A stretch of DNA of 64,000 nt, taken from assembly GCA_965371515.1 (NCBI GenBank), contig CBDUYR010000007.1, forward strand, positions 11,202-75,201, written 5' to 3'. Positions within the stretch are counted from its first letter, which is position 1. Every line of letters begins with the position of its first letter. Below the pieces are notes generated by a model. The model saw nothing but the letters and a program-made list of their open reading frames with translations. It did no database searches and was not told the DNA's origin. This DNA is from an uncultured bacterium. GTDB lineage: Bacteria > Krumholzibacteriota > Krumholzibacteriia > Krumholzibacteriales > Krumholzibacteriaceae. Positions 27,635-37,942 of the stretch are shown here, piece by piece. The position numbers and the translations under genes are program-made.

Positions 27635-29623
27635 ATGACGATTGACTTGCCACTCGTGACCAGATTTATCCCGTGGCTCGGTATTGCCGGGCTTATCTTC
27701 TCGGTCGGCGCGTATTTCAATATGAAACGTTATCCCGCCGGTGACGAATTGATGCAGAAGATAGCCGACAAGATACACGCAGGAGCTTTCGTATTCCTTA
27801 AAAGGGAATATCAGATCATCTTCATCTTCATCGTGATTGTGTTCGCTGCTCTGACTTTCACGCCGGGGCTGGGAATACAGACTGCGATTGCCTTCCTGAC
27901 CGGCGCGCTCTGCTCTATGGGAGCCGGCGTACTCGGTATGGAAGCAGCGACCAGGGCCGCGGTACGAGCTACCCAGGGCGCAAAGGACGAAGGGATAGGC
28001 AAGGCGCTGATGATCGCATTCAGCGGCGGTTCGGTCATGGGGGTTGCGGTGGCAGCTCTCGGTGTAGCAGGCCTGGGCTTCTATTTTCTCTTCACAAGGG
28101 ACCCGAGGATCATCAACGGCTTCGCGATGGGAGCCAGCACGATCGCCCTTTTCGCCAGGATCGGCGGGGGCGTATACACAAAGAGCGCAGATGTCGGGGC
28201 GGATCTCGTGGGCAAGATCGAGGCGGGGATCCCCGAGGACGATGCGAGGAACCCCGGCGTGATCGCTGACAACGTCGGTGATAACGTGGGCGATACGGCA
28301 GGCATGGGCGCCGATCTGTTCGAGAGCTATGTCGGAAGCGTGGTCGCCACTATGGCGCTCGGAGCGACATTCGTTGCAGGCGAGATCGTCGGAAGGATGA
28401 CACTTCCACTTGTGTTGATCGCAATCGGCCTCGTGGCGTCGATCATCGGCATACTTTCGCTATCTGCTTTGAAGAAATCGGGGCCGCAGAACGCGCTCCG
28501 TTACAGCTTCTATATTTCAGTGGTCCTGTTTATCGTAGGCGCGTGGTTCGCCACCAGGATAGTCCTTCAGGGAGTGATCGATCCTTTCTGGGCCGTCCTC
28601 GCAGGAATCGTCGCAGGCGTATTGATCGGAGCCGAGAGCGAGTACTTCACCTCGGGCCCACCTGTAAAGAAGGTCGCAGAAGCGAGTGAGACAGGACCGG
28701 CCACAAATATCATTACAGGTATGGCGATCGGTTACGAGAGCGTGATCCTTCCAGTGATCACTCTCTGCGGAGCGATGTACATCGCCTACACTTATGGAGG
28801 CGGCCTGTATGGCATCGCCATCTCCGCCGTCGGTATGCTTTCCACGATCGGCATCGTGATGTCGACAGATTCGTACGGTCCTATTGCCGACAATGCCGGC
28901 GGTATTGCCGAGATGTCGGGCGCCGGCCCGGAGATAAGGAAGATCACCGACAAGCTCGATTCGATCGGAAACACCACCGCCGCCGTCGGCAAAGGCTTCG
29001 CGATCGGTTCAGCTGCTCTGACAGCATTGGCCCTGTTCAGCGCTTACCAGAAGACGGTCGGTATCGAAAGCATCAACCTGATGAACGTCAAGACCGTGAT
29101 CGGGCTCCTGCTCGGCTCGATGATGCCGTTCGTCATCGCATCGATGACGATGAAGGGAGTCGGCAGGGCCGCAAATATGATGGTGATCGAGATCAGGCGG
29201 CAGTTCCGCGAGATCACCGGCCTGATGGAGGGCACCGCCGAACCGGACACAGATAAATGCATAGACATCGTCACAAAGTCGGCGCTGCGGGAGATGGTCC
29301 TTCCCGGATGCATCGCGGTAGTGGCTCCGATCGTGATAGGCTTATTGCTTGGAGCAGAGGCTCTCGGAGGATTCCTCGCCGGTGCGACGGCGACCGGAGT
29401 CCTTACCGGGATCTACATGGCAAACGCGGGCGGCACCTGGGACAACGCGAAAAAGTATATCGAAGAGGGTAACCTCGGCGGGAAGGGAACGGACACACAC
29501 GCCGCGGCGATCGTCGGCGATACTGTGGGCGATCCCCTGAAGGATACATCCGGGCCGAGCATGAATATCCTCATCAAGCTGATGGCCGTGGTATCGCTCG
29601 TCTTCGCCCCTCTTTTCATGTAG
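27635..29623 (+). CDS. hppA: Membrane-bound ion-translocating pyrophosphatase, K+-dependent, probably Na+-pumping
   Basis: [42 protein letters not shown] and [10 protein letters not shown] motifs; many TM helices. Confidence 0.95.
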   Translation: MTIDLPLVTRFIPWLGIAGLIFSVGAYFNMKRYPAGDELMQKIADKIHAGAFVFLKREYQIIFIFIVIVFAALTFTPGLGIQTAIAFLTGALCSMGAGVLGMEAATRAAVRATQGAKDEGIGKALMIAFSGGSVMGVAVAALGVAGLGFYFLFTRDPRIINGFAMGASTIALFARIGGGVYTKSADVGADLVGKIEAGIPEDDARNPGVIADNVGDNVGDTAGMGADLFESYVGSVVATMALGATFVAGEIVGRMTLPLVLIAIGLVASIIGILSLSALKKSGPQNALRYSFYISVVLFIVGAWFATRIVLQGVIDPFWAVLAGIVAGVLIGAESEYFTSGPPVKKVAEASETGPATNIITGMAIGYESVILPVITLCGAMYIAYTYGGGLYGIAISAVGMLSTIGIVMSTDSYGPIADNAGGIAEMSGAGPEIRKITDKLDSIGNTTAAVGKGFAIGSAALTALALFSAYQKTVGIESINLMNVKTVIGLLLGSMMPFVIASMTMKGVGRAANMMVIEIRRQFREITGLMEGTAEPDTDKCIDIVTKSALREMVLPGCIAVVAPIVIGLLLGAEALGGFLAGATATGVLTGIYMANAGGTWDNAKKYIEEGNLGGKGTDTHAAAIVGDTVGDPLKDTSGPSMNILIKLMAVVSLVFAPLFM

Positions 29624-29647
29624 ACTCAGGTCCGGGCACGAAGAAAT

Positions 29648-29681
29648 AAACGGGTTCCCGTATTTCGGGGACCCGTTTTTT
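29648..29681 (+). terminator. Rho-independent terminator after hppA
   Basis: AAACGGGTTCCCG-TATTT-CGGGGACCCGTTTTTT: hairpin followed by a U-tract. Confidence 0.85.
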
Positions 29682-29762
29682 CGTTCCTTTCGGTATTTAC
29701 ACACTTACTCCGGTATCATAGAATTCTATCAGGTTCATTGAACATCACGAACGAGGAAGGAG

Positions 29763-30848
29763 GTGACCGTGGCATTCACGATAGGTATCCTGGGCCTGCC
29801 CAATGTTGGAAAATCAACACTTCTCAACGCCCTTTCTCATGCGGGAGCGGAGGCTTCGAACTATCCTTTCTGCACGATAGACTGCAACCGGGGTGTGGTG
29901 GAGGTGCCGGACGCCAGACTGACAAGACTCGCCGGGATCCTCGAACCGAAAGAAGTAATCCCATCCACGATCATATATGTAGACATCGCCGGCCTTGTAG
30001 AAGGGGCGAGCAGGGGCGAGGGGCTGGGCAACAAGTTTCTCCATCATGTCAGGGAGGCGACGATCCTCGCACACGTTCTGCGCTGTTTTGAGGATCCGGA
30101 CGTAAGCCACGTCATCGGAGATGTCGATCCTGCCAGGGACGCAGATGTTGTTGAGACGGAACTCTTTCTCTCCGACCTGGAGAGAGTCACTTCATGGATC
30201 TCGAAGGAGAGGGTAAGGTCGAGGGCGCTGAAAAAGGGAGAACGGGGAGATCTCGATTTCCTTCAATCCGTAAGGGAGAAGATCGCGGCTGGTGAAAAAG
30301 TCTCGAGAGATGATGTCTCCGCAAGAAATCTGGAGATTTTCGACAGGCTCGAGTTGCTGACATCAAAGCCCGTGATATACGTACTCAACTCCGGCGAGGA
30401 AGATGATGCCGGCGGATGCAGTGAAGCGGCTTCGAAGTTCGGAGAGGAAAGAGCTATCTCGATATCCGCACGCCTGGAGAGGGAATTATCAGAGCTTCCT
30501 GAAGAAGATCGCGTTGAGTTCATGAAGGAGATGGGAGTCTCTGGCGAGGCGAGGGACAGGTTCGTGGAAAAGTGTCATGAGCTGCTGGCCATGATCAGGT
30601 ATTACACCGCGGCTCATGGTAAACTGCAAGCCTGGTCCATTCCGGCAGGGACGAAGGCTCCGGCGGCGGCAGGCAGGATACATACAGATATGGAGAAGGG
30701 ATTCATCAGGGCCAGGGTGATGAGCTACGACGATCTCGTCGAGTACGGCTCCGAGGCCGAGGTTCAGCATCACGGCCACCTAAGGACAGAGGGGCACGAA
30801 TACGTGATCCGCGACGGGGACGTCGTCGAGTTCATGTTCAACAGGTGA
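29763..30848 (+). CDS. ychF: Ribosome-binding ATPase YchF (Obg family)
   Basis: GLPNVGKST, NYPFCTID, DIAGLV, GEGLGNKFL and IHTDMEKGFIRA motifs; TGS domain. Start is GTG 29763 or 29769. Confidence 0.93.
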   Translation: MTVAFTIGILGLPNVGKSTLLNALSHAGAEASNYPFCTIDCNRGVVEVPDARLTRLAGILEPKEVIPSTIIYVDIAGLVEGASRGEGLGNKFLHHVREATILAHVLRCFEDPDVSHVIGDVDPARDADVVETELFLSDLERVTSWISKERVRSRALKKGERGDLDFLQSVREKIAAGEKVSRDDVSARNLEIFDRLELLTSKPVIYVLNSGEEDDAGGCSEAASKFGEERAISISARLERELSELPEEDRVEFMKEMGVSGEARDRFVEKCHELLAMIRYYTAAHGKLQAWSIPAGTKAPAAAGRIHTDMEKGFIRARVMSYDDLVEYGSEAEVQHHGHLRTEGHEYVIRDGDVVEFMFNR

Positions 30849-30851
30849 TTC

Positions 30852-31289
30852 ATGACAGGCAGGGGACACGAGACGCTCGAGCATACAGCCGACATGGGCC
30901 TCCGAGGCTGGGGGGGAAGCCCTGCCGAGGCCTTTGAGGAGACTGCGCTCGCGATGTTCGAACTGATGGTCGACAGGCACGGTATGGCTGCCGAGATCGA
31001 TCACAGGCTGTCGATCGGCGGCAGGGATCTGACCGGGCTGCTTATAGAATTTCTCAACGAGCTCCTCTCGTTCGCGGATATCGAGGATACGGCATTTGTA
31101 TCGGTAAGGATCGAGCGGCTAGAGGGCGGCGGAGAAGACTGGGAACTCGATGCCGTGATCGGAGGGATACCGCGCGGAAAATGCCGGAAACGCCTCCTCT
31201 CAGAAGTAAAGGCGGCGACCTGGTACGGGGCGTCGGTCGGCCGTGACAGCGACGGCCGGTGGGTGGCAGGCTGCGTGGTAGATCTATGA
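30852..31289 (+). CDS. Archease
   Basis: EHTADMG at the N-terminus, EVKAATW, and terminal VVDL; ATGA overlap with rtcB. Confidence 0.92.
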   Translation: MTGRGHETLEHTADMGLRGWGGSPAEAFEETALAMFELMVDRHGMAAEIDHRLSIGGRDLTGLLIEFLNELLSFADIEDTAFVSVRIERLEGGGEDWELDAVIGGIPRGKCRKRLLSEVKAATWYGASVGRDSDGRWVAGCVVDL

Positions 31290-32737
31290 AGGTGGAAGTC
31301 GAGAAGATCGGCGAATTCCTCTGGGAGATCCCCCGCTCGGGCAGGATGCTCGTTCCCGGGCGCATCTACGCGGACGACGACTCGATGAGCTTCCTGCTGA
31401 AGGAGAGCGCGACGAAGCAGTGGGACGCCCTGGCCCAGGTACGGAACGTCGCATGCCTTCCCGGGATCGTCGGCGCGTCGATGGCGATGGCCGATATCCA
31501 TCCCGGCTACGGATTTCCCATAGGGGGAGTGGGAGCGTTTGATCCTGGCGAGGGAGTGGTCTCCATTGCCGGAGTCGGCTTCGACATAAATTGCGGTGTG
31601 CGGTCGATGGTCGTCGATGTAACGAAGGAACGTATCGAGCTCAATCGCGAAAGGGTCGCCGAGGAGCTGTTCAATTCCGTTCCTGCCGGAATAGGTTCGA
31701 CGGGGACATTCAGGCTCTCCGTCCGCGAGATCGACAGGGTGCTTGTCGAGGGCGCGTCCTTCGCCCTCGAGAGAGGATACGGGGTGGAGGAGGATCTCGA
31801 GTATGTCGAGGAGGGGGGAACTGTCGCCGGCGCCGATCCTTCGGCCGTCAGCCCGAGAGCGAAGGAGCGGCAGCTCAAGCAGGTAGGGACGCTCGGCTCG
31901 GGGAACCATTATCTCGAGGTGCAGTACGTAGAAGAGATATTCGATGAAGAGGCCGCTTCCGCGTTCGGGCTCCTTCCAGGCGGGATCGTAGTCAGCATTC
32001 ACACGGGGAGCCGGGCGCTCGGTCACCAGATCGGGACTGATTACCAGAGAGTCATGAGAGAGGCTTCAGCGAAATACGGGATACCGGTCACCGAGAGCGA
32101 GCTGATGGCGGCTCCGATAAACAGCCCGGAGGGAAAGAGGTATATCGCCGCGGTGCGGGCAGGGATCAACTGCGCCTTCGCGAACAGGCAGGCGATCTCG
32201 GGCCTGGTGCGAGACACATTAAAAAGACTTTTTCATCTCGACGACAGGCAGATCAGGACGCTCTATGAGGTCGGTCACAACAATCTCAAACTCGAGACGC
32301 ACGATACTGCCCAAGGCAGGAGGAATCTCCTAGTCCACAGGAAGGGGGCGACAAGAGCATTCGCAGCCGGGCGGGAGGAGGTGCCGTTAAGGTACCGCGA
32401 GGTCGGACAGCCCGTGCTCGTCGGAGGGACTATGGGGACCTCGTCGTTCATCCTCGTCGGCACAGAACTGGGTATGTCGGAGACATTCGGCAGCGCCGTC
32501 CACGGAGCGGGGAGGATGAAATCGAGGAAGCAGGCGCTCAGGGAATACCGAGGCGAGGACGTAATAAGAAATCTGGCAGAGTCGGGCATCATAGTGCGCA
32601 CACGAAGCAGGAAAGGCGCCGCGGAAGAGGCTCCCGGCGCCTACAAGGACGTCGAACGGGTCGTGGCGATCATGGAGGGCGCAGGGGTGAGCAGGCGTGT
32701 GGCGCGGCTGCGGCCTATGATCTGCGTCAAGGGATGA
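31286..32737 (+). CDS. rtcB: RNA-splicing/repair ligase RtcB
   Basis: DIHPGYGFPIGGV, GFDINCG, GSGNHYLE, HTGSR, HRKGA, HGAGR, EEAPGAYK motifs and terminal VKG. Confidence 0.95.
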   Translation: MKVEVEKIGEFLWEIPRSGRMLVPGRIYADDDSMSFLLKESATKQWDALAQVRNVACLPGIVGASMAMADIHPGYGFPIGGVGAFDPGEGVVSIAGVGFDINCGVRSMVVDVTKERIELNRERVAEELFNSVPAGIGSTGTFRLSVREIDRVLVEGASFALERGYGVEEDLEYVEEGGTVAGADPSAVSPRAKERQLKQVGTLGSGNHYLEVQYVEEIFDEEAASAFGLLPGGIVVSIHTGSRALGHQIGTDYQRVMREASAKYGIPVTESELMAAPINSPEGKRYIAAVRAGINCAFANRQAISGLVRDTLKRLFHLDDRQIRTLYEVGHNNLKLETHDTAQGRRNLLVHRKGATRAFAAGREEVPLRYREVGQPVLVGGTMGTSSFILVGTELGMSETFGSAVHGAGRMKSRKQALREYRGEDVIRNLAESGIIVRTRSRKGAAEEAPGAYKDVERVVAIMEGAGVSRRVARLRPMICVKG

Positions 32738-34372
32738 TCAGTCGTCCCCGCATCTCAACTTGAGGATCAGAATATCCTCGCTGGTATCTTCGAGTGGTTC
32801 CCACTCGGCTATGCTCTCCATCCGCACGGTGCATTTCCCCGAAGACACCCATCGGTTCTCGTGGTTGTAGCTCCAACCGAGATATTCCGACCCTCCGGCT
32901 CCCTCTGTCGTTATGAGAAACCTGTTTGATATTCCTCCGAAGGCGGCGCCCTGATCTGCGGGCAGGTCCCTGTCGCCGGCATTGGCGTCGACCGGTACCC
33001 AGCCGTAGCCGGGAAGATAGATCTCGTTCCACCTGTGGAAGACGTCGTCGTAGCTCGCGTCGTCGCCTCTTACAACGAGGGAGCCGACGTATCTGGCGGG
33101 CACTCCCGCAGCCCTGCATAGGGCGATGAGCGAGAAGGTATACTCTGAGCACGAACCGTTCCTGCGCTCGAGCACGGTAGGGGCTGTATTCCAGCCGCCG
33201 GCAAGTTTGTACTCCATGTTTGCAATGAGGTACTGGTAGAGTTTTCTCGCCTTCCAGTAGATGTTTTCCTCGTTGCCGACCACTTCATTGACTATCCCCT
33301 GGATGTAGGGGTGTGTGATATCGTACTTGATTTCGTCGGCGAGGTACTTCTCCCTGATATCTTTCGGGATCTTTTTCCCGACCCTGTCGGGCCTGATGAA
33401 ATATCTTATCGCAGACGCTTCGACGGCGGCCTTCATCCTCACTTCGACCGACTCGCCTGGCTCGAGCCCTTCGAAGGAGAACGCGGCGATGCTCTGGTCC
33501 CAGCGATCCTTTTTTATCACCGGCTCGGGCCGGTATGTCAGATCGGCAAGGATCTTCTGCCCGGGCCTGTCGGAGGGAAGGGCGTAGAAGATATCGAGTT
33601 TCTCGATCCGTCCCGTGCCCGTAGCGACAGCCTCTGTAGTAAAATCTACGATGGCCTTTCTCGGATTGCTCGTCCTGTAGAGCTCGTCGTCGAGAGTCTT
33701 GATCGTGTAGAGGGCGTCGTCCTGGTAGTCGGCGTTGAGAAGAAAGCCGTCTTTCCATGCGAGTCCCCAGCTGAACGGTCCGGGAGCGTCGAGTATCTGC
33801 ACGACCATCCCGGTGACAGGATCGATCATATATATACAGTCCCTGACACGGTCGGAACACCAGAGGTATCCGTCTCCGAATACGATCGAGCGCGGGTCGG
33901 TGGCTGGAGCGCGGAAAGAGACGATCGTCGTTCCGTCTGCAGGGTCGATATTAAGGATCCTGTCGGTCCTGTTGTCGCAGATCCAGAGTGAGTTTCCATC
34001 CCATGCGATCCCCGTAGGGCTGGGAGTGGGAGATTCGAGCGTCCTTACCGTATGACCGGTCTCGGGATCGGTAGCGTAGATAGCGCCGGCTCCCGGGTCG
34101 GTGCTCCACAGGAGGGAGCCGTCCCATGCAAGCCCGGAGGGAAACCACCCCGGCGATTCGATATCGCGCAGTACGTTTCCGGAGACGTGGTCGATCTCGT
34201 AGAACAGATCAGTCTTCCTGTCCGCTATCCACAGGGTGCTGCCAGTCCAGGCGACGCCCGTCGGATGCGCGATGGGTAGCTGAGTCTTTTTCTCGATGTC
34301 TCCAGGTGCAGCTAAGGCGGCAGCGCAGAATAATGTAAGCAGGGCGGTGATGGCGGGCAGGCATCTTCTCAT
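32738..34372 (-). CDS. Secreted beta-propeller plus transglutaminase-like protein
   Basis: Signal peptide; five ~41-aa PxGxAWDGxxLW repeats; GSCSEY / FHRWNE / WVPVDAN giving a Cys-His-Asp triad. Confidence 0.88.
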   Translation of the reverse strand: MRRCLPAITALLTLFCAAALAAPGDIEKKTQLPIAHPTGVAWTGSTLWIADRKTDLFYEIDHVSGNVLRDIESPGWFPSGLAWDGSLLWSTDPGAGAIYATDPETGHTVRTLESPTPSPTGIAWDGNSLWICDNRTDRILNIDPADGTTIVSFRAPATDPRSIVFGDGYLWCSDRVRDCIYMIDPVTGMVVQILDAPGPFSWGLAWKDGFLLNADYQDDALYTIKTLDDELYRTSNPRKAIVDFTTEAVATGTGRIEKLDIFYALPSDRPGQKILADLTYRPEPVIKKDRWDQSIAAFSFEGLEPGESVEVRMKAAVEASAIRYFIRPDRVGKKIPKDIREKYLADEIKYDITHPYIQGIVNEVVGNEENIYWKARKLYQYLIANMEYKLAGGWNTAPTVLERRNGSCSEYTFSLIALCRAAGVPARYVGSLVVRGDDASYDDVFHRWNEIYLPGYGWVPVDANAGDRDLPADQGAAFGGISNRFLITTEGAGGSEYLGWSYNHENRWVSSGKCTVRMESIAEWEPLEDTSEDILILKLRCGDD

Positions 34373-34571
34373 TTTGCTTCCTCCAGTTCAGAAACATGCG
34401 GTCATCGGATCGATTGATTGTACGGGAGATACCCTGCATGGGTCAACGATATCGATACAGACGGTTAATCCGATATCTTTTCGATGTTTACAAACGGGGA
34501 CAGGACTGATAGAATAGTGTTCAAGTAGTGTAATTCAAAGATACGAGGCAGCAGACGCAGGATTGCTTCAG

Positions 34572-36293
34572 ATGCCCCGCAGAATGTACAGAACCTTCTT
34601 CGCGGCGATATCCCCTGTAATCGTCATCATCGCTGTGGCGGGCGGGCCCTCGGGCGCGCACGCGACGGACTGGAGCGCCCGGTCTACGGGCGGGATGGTA
34701 GCTTCGGCCTGCCCGGAGGCGACGGCCATCGGCGTCCGTGTGCTGGAAGCTGGTGGAAACGCCGTCGATGCGGCGATCGCCGTCGGTTTCGCACTTGCTG
34801 TGAGCTATCCCTCAGCCGGCAACCTCGGCGGTGGCGGATTCATGCTCGTAAGGCTGGCGGATGGAGAGACATCCTTCATCGATTTCAGGGAAAAGGCTCC
34901 GTTGAAGGCGCGAAGGGACATGTACCTCGATCGGGAGGGCGCTGTCATCGAGGATCTCAGTGTCCGCGGCCATCTCGCCTCGGGAGTGCCGGGGGTGGTG
35001 GCAGGACTCTGGAAGGCTCACCAGATCCATGGCTCGACAGAATGGGGGGAACTGGTCGCTCCATCGGTCAAGCTGGCGGAGAATGGATTCCCGATAAGCC
35101 CCTATCTGGCCGCATCGCTCGAGAAGCTGAACGTACACCTGGAGAAGTGGCCCGGTCTCTCGAAGTTCTTCGGCCAGGATGGAAGGCCGTTCGATGCCGG
35201 CGATATCCTCGTGCAGCACGATCTTGCCCGCACTCTCGAGGCGATAGCGGAAGAGGGCACGGACGGTTTCTACTCCGGCAGGACCGCAGGGCTCATTGCG
35301 GCGGAGATGCGGGGGGGTGGCGGCCTGATCACGGAGGAGGACCTCGTTTCATACGAGGTTGTCGAGCGGGAGGTGGTGAAAGGGAGTTACAGGGGATTCG
35401 AGATAATATCCGCGCCGCCGCCGAGCTCAGGCGGCATCGTACTGCTGGAGATACTGAACGTTCTCGAAGGTTACGAGACAGGTGGCGTGAGGGACGTCGA
35501 GGATATCCATCTCGTCGTCGAGGCCGAGAGAAGAGCGTATGCCGACAGGGCTCGCTGGCTCGGCGACCCAGGTTTTGTGGACATTCCTGTAGAGAGGCTG
35601 ATATCAAAAGATTATGCGAATGACTTGAGAAATAACATAAAGACCAGAGCGACACGCTCAGTCGAACTGGATGCCGGCGGCAATCATGCACAGGAGAGCG
35701 AAGAGACGACACATTACTCGGTAGTCGATGCCAGCGGGAACGCGGTGGCGGTGACTACGACTCTCAATGGATCGTACGGATCGTACGTAGTCGTCGAGGG
35801 TGCAGGCTTCCTGATGAACAACGAGATGGACGATTTCTCAGTAAAGCCAGGCGTTCCGAACATGTACGGGCTGACGGGCGGTGAGGCCAATGCTATCGAA
35901 CCGGGGAAGAGGATGCTCAGCTCAATGACGCCGACGATCGTGGTCAGGGAGGGCGAGACCTGGCTTGTGCTGGGCACCCCCGGGGGATCGACGATAATCA
36001 CGACTGTCGCGCAAGTGATGATGAATATCATCGATTTCGGGATGGAACCTCTGGAAGCGGTGGCAGCTCCGAGGTATCATCACCAGTGGAGCCCTGATCT
36101 GGTCTACCACGAGGAGAACGCCTTTACGGCCGATGAGAGATCGGGGATGGAGGGAAAAGGACACGAACTGAGACAACGCTCCATGATCGGGGATGTGCAG
36201 CTCATCATGAAGGACGGAACGTCCCTGGTGGGTATCTCCGATCCAAGACGGGGCGGACTCTCCCGGGGAACCGGGAAGGATGACAGGCAATAA
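34572..36293 (+). CDS. ggt: Gamma-glutamyltransferase
   Basis: GGNAVDAA, GNLGGGGF, DFRE, ETTHYS (Thr nucleophile), NNEMDDF, MLSSMTP and GTPGG motifs; signal peptide. Confidence 0.95.
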   Translation: MPRRMYRTFFAAISPVIVIIAVAGGPSGAHATDWSARSTGGMVASACPEATAIGVRVLEAGGNAVDAAIAVGFALAVSYPSAGNLGGGGFMLVRLADGETSFIDFREKAPLKARRDMYLDREGAVIEDLSVRGHLASGVPGVVAGLWKAHQIHGSTEWGELVAPSVKLAENGFPISPYLAASLEKLNVHLEKWPGLSKFFGQDGRPFDAGDILVQHDLARTLEAIAEEGTDGFYSGRTAGLIAAEMRGGGGLITEEDLVSYEVVEREVVKGSYRGFEIISAPPPSSGGIVLLEILNVLEGYETGGVRDVEDIHLVVEAERRAYADRARWLGDPGFVDIPVERLISKDYANDLRNNIKTRATRSVELDAGGNHAQESEETTHYSVVDASGNAVAVTTTLNGSYGSYVVVEGAGFLMNNEMDDFSVKPGVPNMYGLTGGEANAIEPGKRMLSSMTPTIVVREGETWLVLGTPGGSTIITTVAQVMMNIIDFGMEPLEAVAAPRYHHQWSPDLVYHEENAFTADERSGMEGKGHELRQRSMIGDVQLIMKDGTSLVGISDPRRGGLSRGTGKDDRQ

Positions 36294-36315
36294 CAGGAGA
36301 GGAAGGAGACTGACA

Positions 36316-37092
36316 ATGAAAAGGAATGTACTGTACATGACGGCGCTGATTCTGCTCGCAGTGACGCTTCTCGCGTGCGGGCCGGGCAGGGCTGTGGCCC
36401 AGGTCGATCCCTACGAGTTGCAGGACGCATTCGGCCGTTTCCCGTTCGCGAAGGTGGTCCCGCTGGACAAAGGGAACGCATGGGGGCTGATCTACGTCGA
36501 TGTTTATGGCAAGATCTATCTCAAGCGTGCCACGAACAGGGGATGGAAGAGAGAGTTTGAGATCACGAACCTCGGGGCCAAGGTAAAACAGTATTATATC
36601 CTCGACATCGAGCAGGACGGAGTCCTCGATCTCGTCATAGCGACTATGGCGGGGCGCATTCTGATCTACAGACTCGATGACTATACCAATACATGGGAAA
36701 ACATCGAGGACGACTTCACGAGCATAGAGGCATTCGACATTGCAAACCTGGATAGCGACCCACAGATGGAGTTCATCGTCCTGGCAAACGGGACCCTCTT
36801 CATAATAGATTCGATCGACAAGAGCAGGCAGTGGATCAGCGAGAGGAAATTTACGGCAACAGAACTCATAATTGCCAATGTCGACAAGGATGAGCAGAAG
36901 GAGATAATCCTCAACACGGGCATCGTCATAGACAGCAAGTTCTATGTGATAGATCTCGAATGGGACAAGCCGTTCGGTGAGCGGCTCAGCACCTTCGACA
37001 TCAATAATGACGGTGTACCCGAGGTAATAGGCGAATTTTCCGACTATTCGCTGAGGATTTTCGACGTCTACTCACAGAGAGAGGTCTGGTAG
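36316..37092 (+). CDS. Secreted protein with FG-GAP/VCBS-like Ca-binding repeats
   Basis: Signal peptide; repeats DIEQDGVLDL, NLDSDPQMEF, NVDKDEQKEI and DINNDGVPEV. Confidence 0.7.
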   Translation: MKRNVLYMTALILLAVTLLACGPGRAVAQVDPYELQDAFGRFPFAKVVPLDKGNAWGLIYVDVYGKIYLKRATNRGWKREFEITNLGAKVKQYYILDIEQDGVLDLVIATMAGRILIYRLDDYTNTWENIEDDFTSIEAFDIANLDSDPQMEFIVLANGTLFIIDSIDKSRQWISERKFTATELIIANVDKDEQKEIILNTGIVIDSKFYVIDLEWDKPFGERLSTFDINNDGVPEVIGEFSDYSLRIFDVYSQREVW

Positions 37093-37202
37093 GTATAATT
37101 ATTTAAAAATAAGTGTTTTAAATTAGGCTCTGGTATGATACAATGCGCTCGCAACGCAAACTTGCTCTGCGAGCGGCAACAGTTTCACTAAGGAGGGTAG
37201 CT

Positions 37203-37910
37203 GTGCTTAATAAGCTAACGCTCGGGGCGGTGGGGTTTTTCCTGGTTCTGGCTTCCATGACATTTCCGGTATCCGCTGAGTACAAGACTGAGACCTTCGC
37301 GTTCAGCGGCAACGGATCGTTCATGGCGAGCCCCCCCGTCTTCAGCGGAAACATCATCGCGGGAACGCTTGCCCCCGGCATGTTCTGGTTCCGAATGGAC
37401 GATACGGGCTGGCCTGTTGACAATCTCGGAACGCCGAACAACGAACGATGGGATTTCATCTTCAGCAACTACTTCCAGTACGATCCCACCCCCGGAGCAG
37501 AGGGATGGGACGGCAGGTTCCCTTCGTCTCTTGTAGGCGACTATGCGCCCGAATGGCGCTTCTTTACCACTGTGGGTGACACCTGCGGCGGTCTGACGAC
37601 GAGCTTCACCGTTACGATCAGGGACTACAACGCAAACGGCATCTTGGAGGACAGCGAGTATATCAGCAAGGTATTTTCCATCGGTCTCTTGTGTTACATC
37701 AACTTTGGAACGGGCGAGTTCAAGGGCTTCTGCGGGCAGGGCAACTGCTCGGGGACTCTGGATCTCCTCGATGAGACAACCTGGGACGAGGAATTTTACG
37801 TTCCTTCGGCGGCTTCGGCTTCGGGAAGGCTCTACCTCAGGGATACGAACTGTACTACAGGAACGAGCGACAGCAGCTGGGGCAAGATCAAGTCGATACA
37901 CAGCAACTGA
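37203..37910 (+). CDS. Secreted hypothetical protein, paralog A (C-terminal SWGKIK tail)
   Basis: GTG 37203 after AGGAGG; signal peptide (VSA-E); clear similarity to the next ORF. Confidence 0.75.
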   Translation: MLNKLTLGAVGFFLVLASMTFPVSAEYKTETFAFSGNGSFMASPPVFSGNIIAGTLAPGMFWFRMDDTGWPVDNLGTPNNERWDFIFSNYFQYDPTPGAEGWDGRFPSSLVGDYAPEWRFFTTVGDTCGGLTTSFTVTIRDYNANGILEDSEYISKVFSIGLLCYINFGTGEFKGFCGQGNCSGTLDLLDETTWDEEFYVPSAASASGRLYLRDTNCTTGTSDSSWGKIKSIHSN

Positions 37911-37942
37911 TATTTCTGGAGCTGAAAGGGAGGGATCCAGAG

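Noticed and set aside
32735..32740. Convergent stop codons of rtcB and the transglutaminase gene abut as TGATCA
   Set aside because: Explained by compact gene packing; no evidence of function.
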